NCBI GenBank assembly: GCA_046541715.1
Contig: JBKHCS010000006.1
Span: 1 to 53,123 of the forward strand
Source: Spirochaetaceae bacterium
Lineage (GTDB): Bacteria > Spirochaetota > Spirochaetia > DSM-27196 > PWMO01
Direction: 5' to 3'
DNA length: 53,123 nt
Below, one piece after another: positions 1 to 8,344 of this stretch (positions are counted from its first letter, which is position 1; each line of letters starts with the position of its first letter). A model generated the notes under the pieces. The model was not told the DNA's origin, made no database searches, and worked only from the letters and a program-made list of their open reading frames with translations. Position numbers and translations under genes: made by a program.

Positions 1-57
1 AGTACGACGTGACGCCCGGACAGATATCGCAATGGAAGAAGCAGCTCGTAGAAGGCG
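1..57 (+). pseudogene. IS3-family transposase OrfA (HTH) fragment, cut by the downstream IS and by the window edge
   Basis: Frame starting at base 3 reads YDVTPGQISQWKKQLVEG, resembling the IS3 OrfA HTH motif (Y.VHPNQISQWKKQL.EG). Similarity stops at the IS left end. Confidence 0.6.
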
Positions 58-60
58 CGT

Positions 61-119
61 TGACTCACCAAAAATCTTACCCTGAAGCAATCATGCCTCA
101 TCTAAAAATCTTACCCTGA
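61..119 (+). repeat. IS left end: two tandem ~25-bp transposase-binding repeats
   Basis: tgactcaccaaaaatcttaccctga (61-85) and tgcctcatctaaaaatcttaccctga (94-119). Confidence 0.85.
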
Positions 120-125
120 GCGATA

Positions 126-150
126 CTCCTCTCGACCGACTCGAGAGGAG
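126..150 (+). promoter_or_regulatory. Hairpin sequestering the transposase Shine-Dalgarno
   Basis: ctcctctcga-ccgac-tcgagaggag is a perfect 10-bp stem. Its 3' arm carries GAGGAG 5 nt before ATG 156. Confidence 0.7.
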
Positions 151-155
151 CGCAG

Positions 156-1418
156 ATGGGACTAACGATGAGGGAAAAGAAGGCGCTAACAAAAGAGCTC
201 GTCGCAAGGTATCGGCAAGAATCCAAGAGCGGCAAGCAGGCGATTCTTAACGAGTTCTGCCGGACGACCGGGTACCATCGCAAGTATGCGGTGGAGCTGC
301 TGAACAGTTGGGGGAAGAAGAAGATCCGTGTTGTGGACGGCAGACTGGTTGAGCTTGTTGTTGGTGAATCCCGGAAACCGAAAAAGCGTAACCGCGATCG
401 TGTCTATGACGAGCCGGTGCATGCGTCACTGCGGAAAATCTGGGAGCTGTTTGACTATCAATGCGGAAAACGGTTGGTCGTTCTGATGCGTGCGAACATG
501 GAAGTACTGAAGGCAGAACCCGAGTTGGCTATCGACGAAACCGTTGCGGCAAAGCTCTGTAGGATCAGCGCGGCTACCGTGGACAGGCTCCTCAAGCATG
601 AACGACGAAAATTGGAGATCAGGGGCAAGAGCCATACGAAACATGGACCGCTGCTGAAACACCAAATACCAGTGAGAACTCATTTTACGTGGAATGAGCG
701 TCTTCCAGGTTTTTTTGAGTTAGATACCGTCCATCATGACGGCGGAAGCGTCTCAGGGCACTACTGTGCGACCCTGACGGCCACCGACGTCTTCTCCGGG
801 TGGACGGAGCTGCGTGCACTGCGAAACCGAGCTCACCGATGGGTCAAAGAAAACGTCGTGGAAATCCGCTCAGACTTACCGTTCCCCTTGAACGGAGTGG
901 ATAGCGATAATGGAGGTGAGTTCATCAACACCGTACTCCTCAACTATTGCAACGACACCGGAGTTGAGTTCACTCGCGGTCGTCCCTACCGAAAGAACGA
1001 TAACTGCTTCGTCGAGCAGAAGAACGACATCGCCGTTCGGCGGACCGTCGGCTACTATCGTTTTGACACCGATGAGGAATACCAGGCGCTCCAGGAGGTC
1101 TACACACACCTGTGTCCTCTCTTGAATTACTTCTATGCTTCGGTAAAACTCGTCGAGAAGATTCAAACTGGTCCTCGGGTAAAGAAGGTCTATGAGGCAC
1201 CGAAACCACCGTACCAACGACTACTCGACTCTCCGCTTGTCTCCGACGAGATTAAACAAGAGCTCCGCCGCAGAGCACAGCAGCTCCACATCGTCAAACA
1301 GAAACGACTCGTGGACCAAGCCATTGGAAGTCTACTTCGGATTCACCAGGAAAAGAACCAACGGGAACTGCCGTTTTCAGGTTCTTCCACCACTACCTTG
1401 GGTAAGAATTCCAAATGA
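156..1418 (+). CDS. DDE-type transposase (rve integrase core)
   Basis: N-terminal HTH (ILNEFCRTTGYHRKYAVELL); catalytic D-D-E in ELDTVHH, DSDNGGEF, NCFVEQKN. Confidence 0.93.
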   Translation: MGLTMREKKALTKELVARYRQESKSGKQAILNEFCRTTGYHRKYAVELLNSWGKKKIRVVDGRLVELVVGESRKPKKRNRDRVYDEPVHASLRKIWELFDYQCGKRLVVLMRANMEVLKAEPELAIDETVAAKLCRISAATVDRLLKHERRKLEIRGKSHTKHGPLLKHQIPVRTHFTWNERLPGFFELDTVHHDGGSVSGHYCATLTATDVFSGWTELRALRNRAHRWVKENVVEIRSDLPFPLNGVDSDNGGEFINTVLLNYCNDTGVEFTRGRPYRKNDNCFVEQKNDIAVRRTVGYYRFDTDEEYQALQEVYTHLCPLLNYFYASVKLVEKIQTGPRVKKVYEAPKPPYQRLLDSPLVSDEIKQELRRRAQQLHIVKQKRLVDQAIGSLLRIHQEKNQRELPFSGSSTTTLGKNSK

Positions 1419-1461
1419 GGCATACACTTCCCACGGTAAGATTTTTAGATGAGGCTATACG
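1400..1461 (-). repeat. IS right end: two repeats inverted relative to the left end
   Basis: gggtaagaattccaaatgaggca (1400-1422) and cggtaagatttttagatgaggcta (1434-1457) are reverse complements of the left-end motif. Confidence 0.85.
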
Positions 1462-1512
1462 CTGGTTTTCTGGCCCGAGCCGGCGCGTCATCGGCGTCCC
1501 AGAACCAGTCCA

Positions 1513-3312
1513 CTACGCCTCGAGCAGCCCTTCCAACTGTTTCAGCCGGGAGCCGAAATGGCTCATCGCTTCCTGGATCGGCTCGGGTCTCGACATGTCC
1601 ACTCCCGCCGCGCCGAGGGACTCGAGAGGAAATCGGGAGCCTCCGGACTTGAGAAAAGCAAAGTAATCCTCGAGCTCTCGCGCGCCGCCCGCGAGGACCC
1701 GTTTGGAGAGGGATATGGCCGCGGAGATGCCGGTTGAGTACTTGTAAACGTAGAAGGCGCGATAGAAGTGCGGAATTCGCAAACCCTCGAGCTGCACCGG
1801 GTCGTCGATGGAGACCTCTGGTCCGAAGTAGTCGGAAAGAAGGCTGCCGTAGCTCTCCCGGAAATAGTCGAGGGTTGCGGGATTGCCGGACTCCACGTGT
1901 TTGTGAACCAGGTCCTCGAACTCGGCGAACATCGTCTGCCGAAAGAGGGTGGCTACCAGATCATCGAGCTCCTTATTTATGAGATACGCCTGCATCCGCG
2001 GCTCCTTCGCCTTCTCCAGGAGATGGCGGTTCAAGAGCTGCTCGTTGAAGGTTGAAGCGACCTCCGCCTCGAAGATCGTGTAGTCGTAGTGCTGAAACGG
2101 ATTGTTCTTGCTCGAGTAGTAGGAGTGCATGCTGTGCCCCGCCTCGTGGGCGAGGGTAAAAACATCCCGCAGCACCTCCTCCTTGTAGTTCATGAGGATG
2201 TAGGGCCAGCCCACGAAGCTGCCCGCGGAAAAGGCGCCCGAGCGTTTTCCCTTGTTCTCATACCGGTCCACCCAGCCCCCGAGCAGTCCCGAGCGCAGGG
2301 TCGAAACGTACTCCTCTCCTAAAGGCTGGAGCGCCTCGGTGACGAGCTCCACCGCTTCCTCGTAGCTATGGCGCACCTGAATCTCCGGTACGAGAGGAAC
2401 CCGGGTGTCGAAGTGGGCAAAATCTTCGATACCGAGGAGCCGCTTGCGCAGAGCGTAGTATCGGTGGAGGGTGGGGAGGTTTTCCCGGATTGTACGGACG
2501 AGGTTGTCGTAGACCGACTCATCTACCTTGTCAGGAAAGAGCGCCATTGCCCGGGCGGAGGGGTAGTTGCGTACCCTCGCTTTGTAGATGTCGAGCTGGA
2601 TGCTTCCGGCGTAGAGGGAGGCGAGGGTGTGCTTGTGCTCTTCGAAGCGACGGTAGAATTTCTTGTGCGCCTCTTCCCTGACGCCGCGGTCGGGGTCCTG
2701 GAGAAAGGTGATAAAGGTGGACTGGGTGAGCGGCTTTTCCTCTCCTTCGGAGGTCTTTACCGTGCCGAACTCGAGGTCCACATCCACGAGAGACTGAAAG
2801 GTGCGCTGGGCGGTCTGGTTCGCCTCCTGCTGCATGGAGAGGAGCTTCTCCTCCTCCTGGCTCAGAATGTGGGGGCGAAAGCGGCGGAGCTTGCTGAGAA
2901 AGATCTTGAACTGCTCGAGCCGCGGGTGAGCGAGGAACTCTTCCATCTTCTCATCCGGAATCGCCTGGATCTCCGGACGCTGGTAACTGGCGGCCGCATC
3001 CACCCGGGTGGCCACTCGCATAAACCGGTCGAAGCGCGCCTGGTTCTCGCTATCCGAGGCGTCCTCGGACTTCCTGAGCATGGCGAAGTAGCCGAGGCGC
3101 TCTTCGAGGATACCGACCTCATTCATATACTCGAGGGTCTGAGCGAGCTCTTCCGCCGACTCGCCGAGTCTACCCTTAAAGGACTCTATCGTCTCGACCT
3201 TGCCCTCCAAGAGCTCGAGGTCCCGGTCCCACTGCTTCTCCTCGGTGTAGAGAGAGGAGAGATCCCATTTGTCTTCCTGAGGCAGTTCGCTACGCTGGGG
3301 TATTCCGCTCAT
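1513..3312 (-). CDS. pepF: Oligoendopeptidase F (M3B peptidase)
   Basis: HEAGH zinc motif, GKRSGAFS, AEVASTFNE, IPHFY; 599 aa. Confidence 0.95.
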   Translation of the reverse strand: MSGIPQRSELPQEDKWDLSSLYTEEKQWDRDLELLEGKVETIESFKGRLGESAEELAQTLEYMNEVGILEERLGYFAMLRKSEDASDSENQARFDRFMRVATRVDAAASYQRPEIQAIPDEKMEEFLAHPRLEQFKIFLSKLRRFRPHILSQEEEKLLSMQQEANQTAQRTFQSLVDVDLEFGTVKTSEGEEKPLTQSTFITFLQDPDRGVREEAHKKFYRRFEEHKHTLASLYAGSIQLDIYKARVRNYPSARAMALFPDKVDESVYDNLVRTIRENLPTLHRYYALRKRLLGIEDFAHFDTRVPLVPEIQVRHSYEEAVELVTEALQPLGEEYVSTLRSGLLGGWVDRYENKGKRSGAFSAGSFVGWPYILMNYKEEVLRDVFTLAHEAGHSMHSYYSSKNNPFQHYDYTIFEAEVASTFNEQLLNRHLLEKAKEPRMQAYLINKELDDLVATLFRQTMFAEFEDLVHKHVESGNPATLDYFRESYGSLLSDYFGPEVSIDDPVQLEGLRIPHFYRAFYVYKYSTGISAAISLSKRVLAGGARELEDYFAFLKSGGSRFPLESLGAAGVDMSRPEPIQEAMSHFGSRLKQLEGLLEA

Positions 3313-3318
3313 GGGGCA

Positions 3319-3347
3319 AGGCTACGTTCGGCGCCGGCCAAAGTCAA
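3319..3347 (-). promoter_or_regulatory. sigma70 promoter of pepF, probably leaderless
   Basis: TTGACT-17 bp-TAGCCT-6 nt-ATG; no Shine-Dalgarno. Confidence 0.65.
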
Positions 3348-3423
3348 GCAGCTCTCTACCTTACACCACCGTGCGGGTAACGGCGCCGCTTGGCGGTCGC
3401 CGGGAGGGATCGCGGCTCCAAGG

Positions 3424-3452
3424 TTGACCTTACCCGGGGGCCGTGCTACAAG
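3424..3452 (+). promoter_or_regulatory. sigma70 promoter of ppa, probably leaderless
   Basis: TTGACC-17 bp-TACAAG with extended TG, 6 nt before ATG 3459. Confidence 0.55.
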
Positions 3453-3458
3453 AGTTAC

Positions 3459-4028
3459 ATGAACGCCTGGCATGATATCGATGCCGCACGCATCACCGCG
3501 GAGAAGTTCGTAGCGATAATCGAGATTCCTAAGGGGAGTAAGAAGAAGTACGAGCTCGACAAGGCGACAGGTCTGATCAAGCTGGACCGGATTCTTTTCA
3601 CCTCCACCCATTACCCATCCAACTACGGTTTTATTCCTCGGACCTTGGCGGACGACAACGACCCCCTGGATGTGCTGGTCCTCTGTTCGGAGGTGCTCGA
3701 CCCGTTGACGATGGTGGAGTGCTATCCGATCGGTGTTGTCAAAATGGTGGACAACCAAGAGGTGGACGAGAAGATCATAGCGATCCCCTTTCGGGATCCG
3801 GTCTACTCCGGATATCGTGATGTTTCAACCTTGCCGCAGCACGTGCTCCACGAGATCTCCCACTTCTTCGAGGTGTACAAGGCGCTCGAGCATTCGGAGA
3901 CCTCGGTCAAGACGATCCTCGATCGGGAGAAGGCTCTCGAAATTATCGAGGCTTCGAAAGAGAGCTACGACGAGGCGTTTCCGGTGGAGGAGAGCGAAAC
4001 GGCGATGGAGGCGGAGGTCGAGAAGTAG
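3459..4028 (+). CDS. ppa: Family I inorganic pyrophosphatase
   Basis: [41 protein letters not shown]. Start moved to ATG 3459 (MNAWHD). Confidence 0.95.
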   Translation: MNAWHDIDAARITAEKFVAIIEIPKGSKKKYELDKATGLIKLDRILFTSTHYPSNYGFIPRTLADDNDPLDVLVLCSEVLDPLTMVECYPIGVVKMVDNQEVDEKIIAIPFRDPVYSGYRDVSTLPQHVLHEISHFFEVYKALEHSETSVKTILDREKALEIIEASKESYDEAFPVEESETAMEAEVEK

Positions 4029-4055
4029 GCGGCGCCCAGAGGCGTGCCGGAATCC

Positions 4056-4712
4056 CTACATCAGAGAGAGGGCTCCCTCGATTCGCATGGCCGCCTTGCC
4101 ACGGTGGCTGAGAAGGTTCTTTTCTTCAGGCTCAATATCCGCGACACAGAGACCCCGCTCGGGGAGGTAGAAGATCGGGTCGTAGCCGAAGCCGGTGGTA
4201 CCGGATGAGGGGGTGTGGGCGATCTCGCCCTCCCAAGTCTCCTGGGCCTGGACGAAGCGGTTCTCTCCGAGGATGAGCGTCATGGAGCAGACGTAGTAGG
4301 CGCTCCGGTTCTCCACCTCTCGGAGCTCGCCGAGGAGGCGCCGGTTCTTCTCCTCGTCCGAGAGCGTTCTTCCCTCCTCCGCCTCTCCGTATCGGGCCGA
4401 GAAGACCCCCGGGCGCCCTTCGAGGGCGCGTACGGCAAGGCCCGAGTCGTCCGCAATGACCGGCAGGAGCCGTCCCGCCGCGGCGATTTCCTCCGGGGGC
4501 CGCGAACTCTCCACTCCCTTTTCGGCGACGCCTTTCAAGAGGCGATAGAGGCCAAAGGCTTTTCCAAAACTGTTATCCGCAAAGGTGAGACCGGTCTCAT
4601 CGTACTCATACTGAAAGCCGAGATCTCCGGGAAGCAGGAGGGTGTGCTCCTTGAGAATCAGTGAGAGCTCTCGACGTTTATGCTCGTTTGCCGTAGCCAG
4701 AACTATCTCCAT
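4056..4712 (-). CDS. rdgB: Non-canonical purine NTP pyrophosphatase (Ham1/RdgB)
   Basis: LATANEHK, ADDSGL, PGVFSARY, GFGYDPIF, SHRGKA. Start at MEIVL (4712) with RBS AGGA. Confidence 0.92.
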   Translation of the reverse strand: MEIVLATANEHKRRELSLILKEHTLLLPGDLGFQYEYDETGLTFADNSFGKAFGLYRLLKGVAEKGVESSRPPEEIAAAGRLLPVIADDSGLAVRALEGRPGVFSARYGEAEEGRTLSDEEKNRRLLGELREVENRSAYYVCSMTLILGENRFVQAQETWEGEIAHTPSSGTTGFGYDPIFYLPERGLCVADIEPEEKNLLSHRGKAAMRIEGALSLM

Positions 4713-4725
4713 TATTCCTGCGATC

Positions 4726-5655
4726 CTACGGTAAAGGGCGGTCCCTTTCAACCGACCGGCACTCCTCGGCCACCGCTTCCCGGCTGCTCTGACTCCTGAG
4801 GACGGAGCGGACGTAGAAGATCCCTGAGTCAACGCTCCCCTTTGGAACGGCGAGGAGCTTGGCGATTTCACGATTGGTTACGTAGTCCGGGACATGGTCG
4901 ATTTTCTTGGTAAGCGCCCGGAAACGTTCCTCTTGGAGCTCAATCGCTTGTCGGAGCCGAGTACGTCGCGGTTCTTCCGGAGTCGCTTCGAGCTCCTTTC
5001 GGAGGGAGTGGAGGTGACAGGTAAGTTCGTTCTGCTGTTCTTGAAGGGTTCTGCGGCGCCTCACCCGGGGTTGCAGAGTATCGGCGAGCTCCCGGGCGAG
5101 CTCCAGGAGCCTCGGCTGGTCGATCTCGAGAAAAGAAGCCATCTCGGCGAGGGTTTCCTCGGAGGCGTAGAGGGAGCACTTGAGGGTGACGTAGAGGAGT
5201 CGCTGCTTAAACGCCTTTGGATGGACACGCTGGTTGTGGGAGCGGTACGCTTCGGCGGCCTCCTTCAGTACGGTTACCGGGAGCTCTTGGTCTCTTTCCT
5301 CCGGTGCTATCTCCGCGAAGCTCCGAAGAGGGTCGCCGCCGGTTTTCCAGAAATTGGGATCCTCCGGAAGGCCTTTTCGAAAGCGCTCGCGCACTTTCCG
5401 GGAGGCGAAGCTCTTGAGCTGGTAACGGACCGCGGTTGCAAGGTACGCCTCGAAACTGCCGAGCGCCGGATCGTAGCGGTAGATCATGGCGCGGATTCTT
5501 CTATGGAAGAAGAGGGCGAACTCGCTGCGCTGATCCTCGTCGAGATGGGTGGCACTACGCCAGACGGCGGTCCAAACGACCTCAATCGTCGCCTGGAGGG
5601 AAGCTCTCCCCTCCTGGAATGCGATCACCTGCTCCGTGAGACTCCCCGGTTTCAC
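4726..5655 (-). CDS. Atypical sigma70-family protein (region 2, coiled-coil insert, region 4 HTH)
   Basis: RYDPALGSFEAYLATAVRYQLKS resembles regions 2.3-2.4; TNREIAKLLAVPKGSVDSGIFYVR resembles the region 4.2 HTH. GTG start with SD AAGGAGGAG. Confidence 0.7.
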   Translation of the reverse strand: MKPGSLTEQVIAFQEGRASLQATIEVVWTAVWRSATHLDEDQRSEFALFFHRRIRAMIYRYDPALGSFEAYLATAVRYQLKSFASRKVRERFRKGLPEDPNFWKTGGDPLRSFAEIAPEERDQELPVTVLKEAAEAYRSHNQRVHPKAFKQRLLYVTLKCSLYASEETLAEMASFLEIDQPRLLELARELADTLQPRVRRRRTLQEQQNELTCHLHSLRKELEATPEEPRRTRLRQAIELQEERFRALTKKIDHVPDYVTNREIAKLLAVPKGSVDSGIFYVRSVLRSQSSREAVAEECRSVERDRPLP

Positions 5656-5690
5656 ACGCTCCTCCTTATCCTTGTGGTACCGGAGTCATT

Positions 5691-5706
5691 AGCAAGGGGT
5701 CTGCCA
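5691..5706 (-). promoter_or_regulatory. sigma54 (RpoN) -24/-12 promoter
   Basis: TGGCAGACCCCTTGCT has exact GG-N10-GC spacing and lies ~35 nt upstream of the sigma-like gene start. Confidence 0.75.
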
Positions 5707-5868
5707 AGTAGTAGACGGAATATCGGTTCCGCTGCCGGCGGGAGTAGCGGTGCGCTTCGAGGGCGAAAGTGCGGAAGTTGTGTCAGGGCCGAACGGTGGG
5801 CCGAAGCGGGCAGGGACCGGAAGGTTCGAGAGCGCGATTTTCCAGGGGAAAGCGAGTGTTACAATGCG

Positions 5869-6885
5869 TTACAATTGACTCGCCGAGGCGGAGCTAGGCG
5901 GGTAGCCGTTCTGGCTCTCCAGCCGCTCGGTGACGAGGCGGACCACTTTCGCGGTAGTTTCCTGCAAGGAGCCGCGGTTTAGAAAGCCCGCCGCCTTCTG
6001 GTGACCGCCGCCACCGAGATGGGTAGCGATTTCTCCCACATCGATCTCGCTGGTGGCTCGGAGGCTGCCTTTGCAGACGGTCTCCGACTCCTCCCGCACG
6101 AAGGCGATAACCTCGCACTCCTCGATACTCAGGAGAAGCTGGTAGAGGGTGTCGGAGTCCCTGTTCTCCTTGCCGAACTCTCTCCGCTCCGCCGCGGTCA
6201 TATAAGTGAGAATGAAGCGTCCCCCGGCGTGAGATGTGGCGCGTTCGAGGAGGCGTCCAATCAGCTTTCTCGAGGCGAAGGTGCGGCCCCCGCTGATGAG
6301 GGCGCTGCTCTCTCGCGGCGAGGCACCGGCGTCCGTAAGCCTCCCGGCGGCGTGAAAGACATCGCCGCCGTTCTGGTCCAAAAAGCGGAAGAAACCGGTG
6401 TCTGTGGCGAGGCCGAAGAAAAGCATACTCGCCTCATCCGGAGCGGGGGTTTCCTCGAAGGATTCGATCACCGCCTGAACCATGAGGGTTGTGGCAGGAA
6501 TCGAGGGGTCCACGAACCGGATGTCCCCGAAGTGCTCCCCCGAGGCGTGGTGGTCGATCACCGCCACGGGTCGCCCGTCGAGCTGCGCGGCAAGATCGCC
6601 GATGCGGTCCAGGGTGGAGCTGTCGAGGATTATGACCGCTTCCTGTTCGCTCGTACGTCTCGGTAGCTCCGAGGCAAAGCGGGAGGCGAAATGACGTACC
6701 TCGGCACGCTCGAAGGGACCGGGATTGACTAGGTGAGCCTTCTTTCCGCTCCTGTTGAGAAAGAGGGCGAGAGCGATCTGGGAGCCGATACAGTCTCCAT
6801 CCGGTTCGATGTGCCCGAGTACGTGGAAATGGTCAAAGTCCCGAAGAAACTGGAGCAGTTCCTCCGGGACGGGTTGGCGTTGCAT
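5869..6885 (-). CDS. nrnA: DHH/DHHA1 phosphoesterase (nanoRNase/pAp phosphatase)
   Basis: HIEPDGDCIGS, IDHH, TDTGFFRF, GGGHQKAAG. Confidence 0.88.
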   Translation of the reverse strand: MQRQPVPEELLQFLRDFDHFHVLGHIEPDGDCIGSQIALALFLNRSGKKAHLVNPGPFERAEVRHFASRFASELPRRTSEQEAVIILDSSTLDRIGDLAAQLDGRPVAVIDHHASGEHFGDIRFVDPSIPATTLMVQAVIESFEETPAPDEASMLFFGLATDTGFFRFLDQNGGDVFHAAGRLTDAGASPRESSALISGGRTFASRKLIGRLLERATSHAGGRFILTYMTAAERREFGKENRDSDTLYQLLLSIEECEVIAFVREESETVCKGSLRATSEIDVGEIATHLGGGGHQKAAGFLNRGSLQETTAKVVRLVTERLESQNGYPPSSASASQL

Positions 6886-6931
6886 ACTCTTTTTGCGGAT
6901 CAGCAGGTGAGCAGGGCCCCGCCCGGGGAGC

Positions 6932-7351
6932 TCAGTACTCTAAGGCGAGGGTCTCGATCGCGAACTCTTCCTCGAGATCGGCTCCGTTGGGGAGTTGGTC
7001 CCAGGCCGAATGATAGGGGCTCTCGGGGACAAAGAGGCGAAGATGGCTGAACTCTCCGTCGACGTAGTAGACGACCATATAGGGCACCGTCTTATCTATG
7101 CTGTGGACGAGTTCGGCCTTTCCGGCGGCCTCGGTAAACCAGCGCCCCGGGAGGTACGCCTCCTGAAAATAGAGCTCGCTGTCGTTGTACTCGATTTTGT
7201 ATCCCAGGCTATGTCGGTAGACTGTATTGAGGTAGACCGTCATGGGGTAGATCACGGGATCTTCACCATCCGTCGTCTCCGCTTCTTGCGTGAACGCCAC
7301 TGCAGTGGCGATGACGAGGATGAGTAGAACTAAGAGTAGACGGTGTCGCAT
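6932..7351 (-). CDS. Hypothetical exported protein
   Basis: Sec-type signal peptide, GGAGG RBS, upstream TTGCGC-17-TATACT promoter. Confidence 0.8.
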   Translation of the reverse strand: MRHRLLLVLLILVIATAVAFTQEAETTDGEDPVIYPMTVYLNTVYRHSLGYKIEYNDSELYFQEAYLPGRWFTEAAGKAELVHSIDKTVPYMVVYYVDGEFSHLRLFVPESPYHSAWDQLPNGADLEEEFAIETLALEY

Positions 7352-7408
7352 CCATGCCTCCTGTGACTCTTCTCATTGAAGTATACGGAAAGATCGACCC
7401 CGGCGCAA

Positions 7409-8344
7409 CTAAACTCGTCCGAGAGTCGCAAGCATCACCGCCTTAATGGTGTGCTTTCGGTTTTCCGCTTCCTCCCAGACTCTCGAATGGGGGCCGTCGA
7501 TTACCCCCGGGGTCACCTCGTTTCCCCGGACCGCCGGGAGACAGTGGAGGAAAACCGGTGGATTCGCCCGGGCGAAGAGCGCTTCGTTCACCTGGTACGG
7601 GCCGAGGAGCGCTCGCCGCTCCCTCTCCTTCGACTCCTCTCCCATGGAGTACCAGACGTCGGTGTAAATCGCGTCGGCGTCCCGCACCGCGTCTTCCACC
7701 TCTGTTGTTATCTCTACAGTGGCTCCGGAGGATTTTGCGAACTGCTCGGCGAGCTTCACGAGGGTATCTTCGGGCTGCAGCTCCTCGGGTGCACTGACGC
7801 ATATGTTGACGCCGGTGAGGGAGCAGGCGATAAGGAGGGAGTTGGCTACGTTGTTTCGACCGTCTCCGACGAAGCTGAGCTTCGCTCCGTTGAGGGTGCC
7901 AACTTCCTCCTTGAGGGTCATGAGGTCGGCGAGAGCCTGCGTGGGGTGGTAGAGGTCCGTGAGGCCGTTGTAGACGGGCACCCCGGAGTAGGTTGCGAGG
8001 GTTTCTACGGTTTTCTGTTCGAATCCTCGAAACTGAATAGCGTCGAACATGCGCCCGAGAACTCGGGCGGTATCCTCGATAGTCTCCTTAGCGCCGAGCT
8101 GGATATCCGCGTTAGAGAGAAAGACTGGATGGCCCCCCTCCTCGCCGAAGGCGGTCTCGAAGGCGCACCGGGTGCGGGTGGAGCGCTTTTCGAACAGCAA
8201 CGCGATCGAGAGCCCTTCGAAGCGACGTGCTCGGGTGCCCTCCCTGGACTCCTTCTTCAGCCGCTCCGCAAGCTCGATGAGGTACTCCACTTCCTCTCGG
8301 CTGTACTCAGCGAGAGTTAGCAATGATCTACCCTGAAGTTTCAC
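7409..8344 (-). CDS. argF: Ornithine carbamoyltransferase
   Basis: KRSTRTR, HPTQ, DVWYSMG, FLHCLP. Probable GTG start at 8344 overlapping the end of lon. Confidence 0.92.
   Translation of the reverse strand: MKLQGRSLLTLAEYSREEVEYLIELAERLKKESREGTRARRFEGLSIALLFEKRSTRTRCAFETAFGEEGGHPVFLSNADIQLGAKETIEDTARVLGRMFDAIQFRGFEQKTVETLATYSGVPVYNGLTDLYHPTQALADLMTLKEEVGTLNGAKLSFVGDGRNNVANSLLIACSLTGVNICVSAPEELQPEDTLVKLAEQFAKSSGATVEITTEVEDAVRDADAIYTDVWYSMGEESKERERRALLGPYQVNEALFARANPPVFLHCLPAVRGNEVTPGVIDGPHSRVWEEAENRKHTIKAVMLATLGRV

Larger units (their letters stand above)
58..1461 (+). mobile_element. Insertion sequence with a single DDE transposase (ISNCY/IS481-like) and paired subterminal inverted repeats
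   Basis: Ends CGT...ACG. Two copies of TG(C/A)CTCA..AAAAATCTTACC at the left (61-85, 94-119) and two inverted copies at the right (1400-1422, 1434-1457) flank the transposase ORF. Confidence 0.85.

Noticed and set aside
61-119. Tandem repeats as a CRISPR array
   Set aside because: Only two units with an 8-nt spacer, mirrored at the other IS end, and no cas genes.
2368-5982. Long antisense ORFs (2368..3462, 4894..5982; likewise 30838..31995, 47289..48329, 52033..53094)
   Set aside because: Mirror frames of real genes, expected at high GC; no motifs or RBS.
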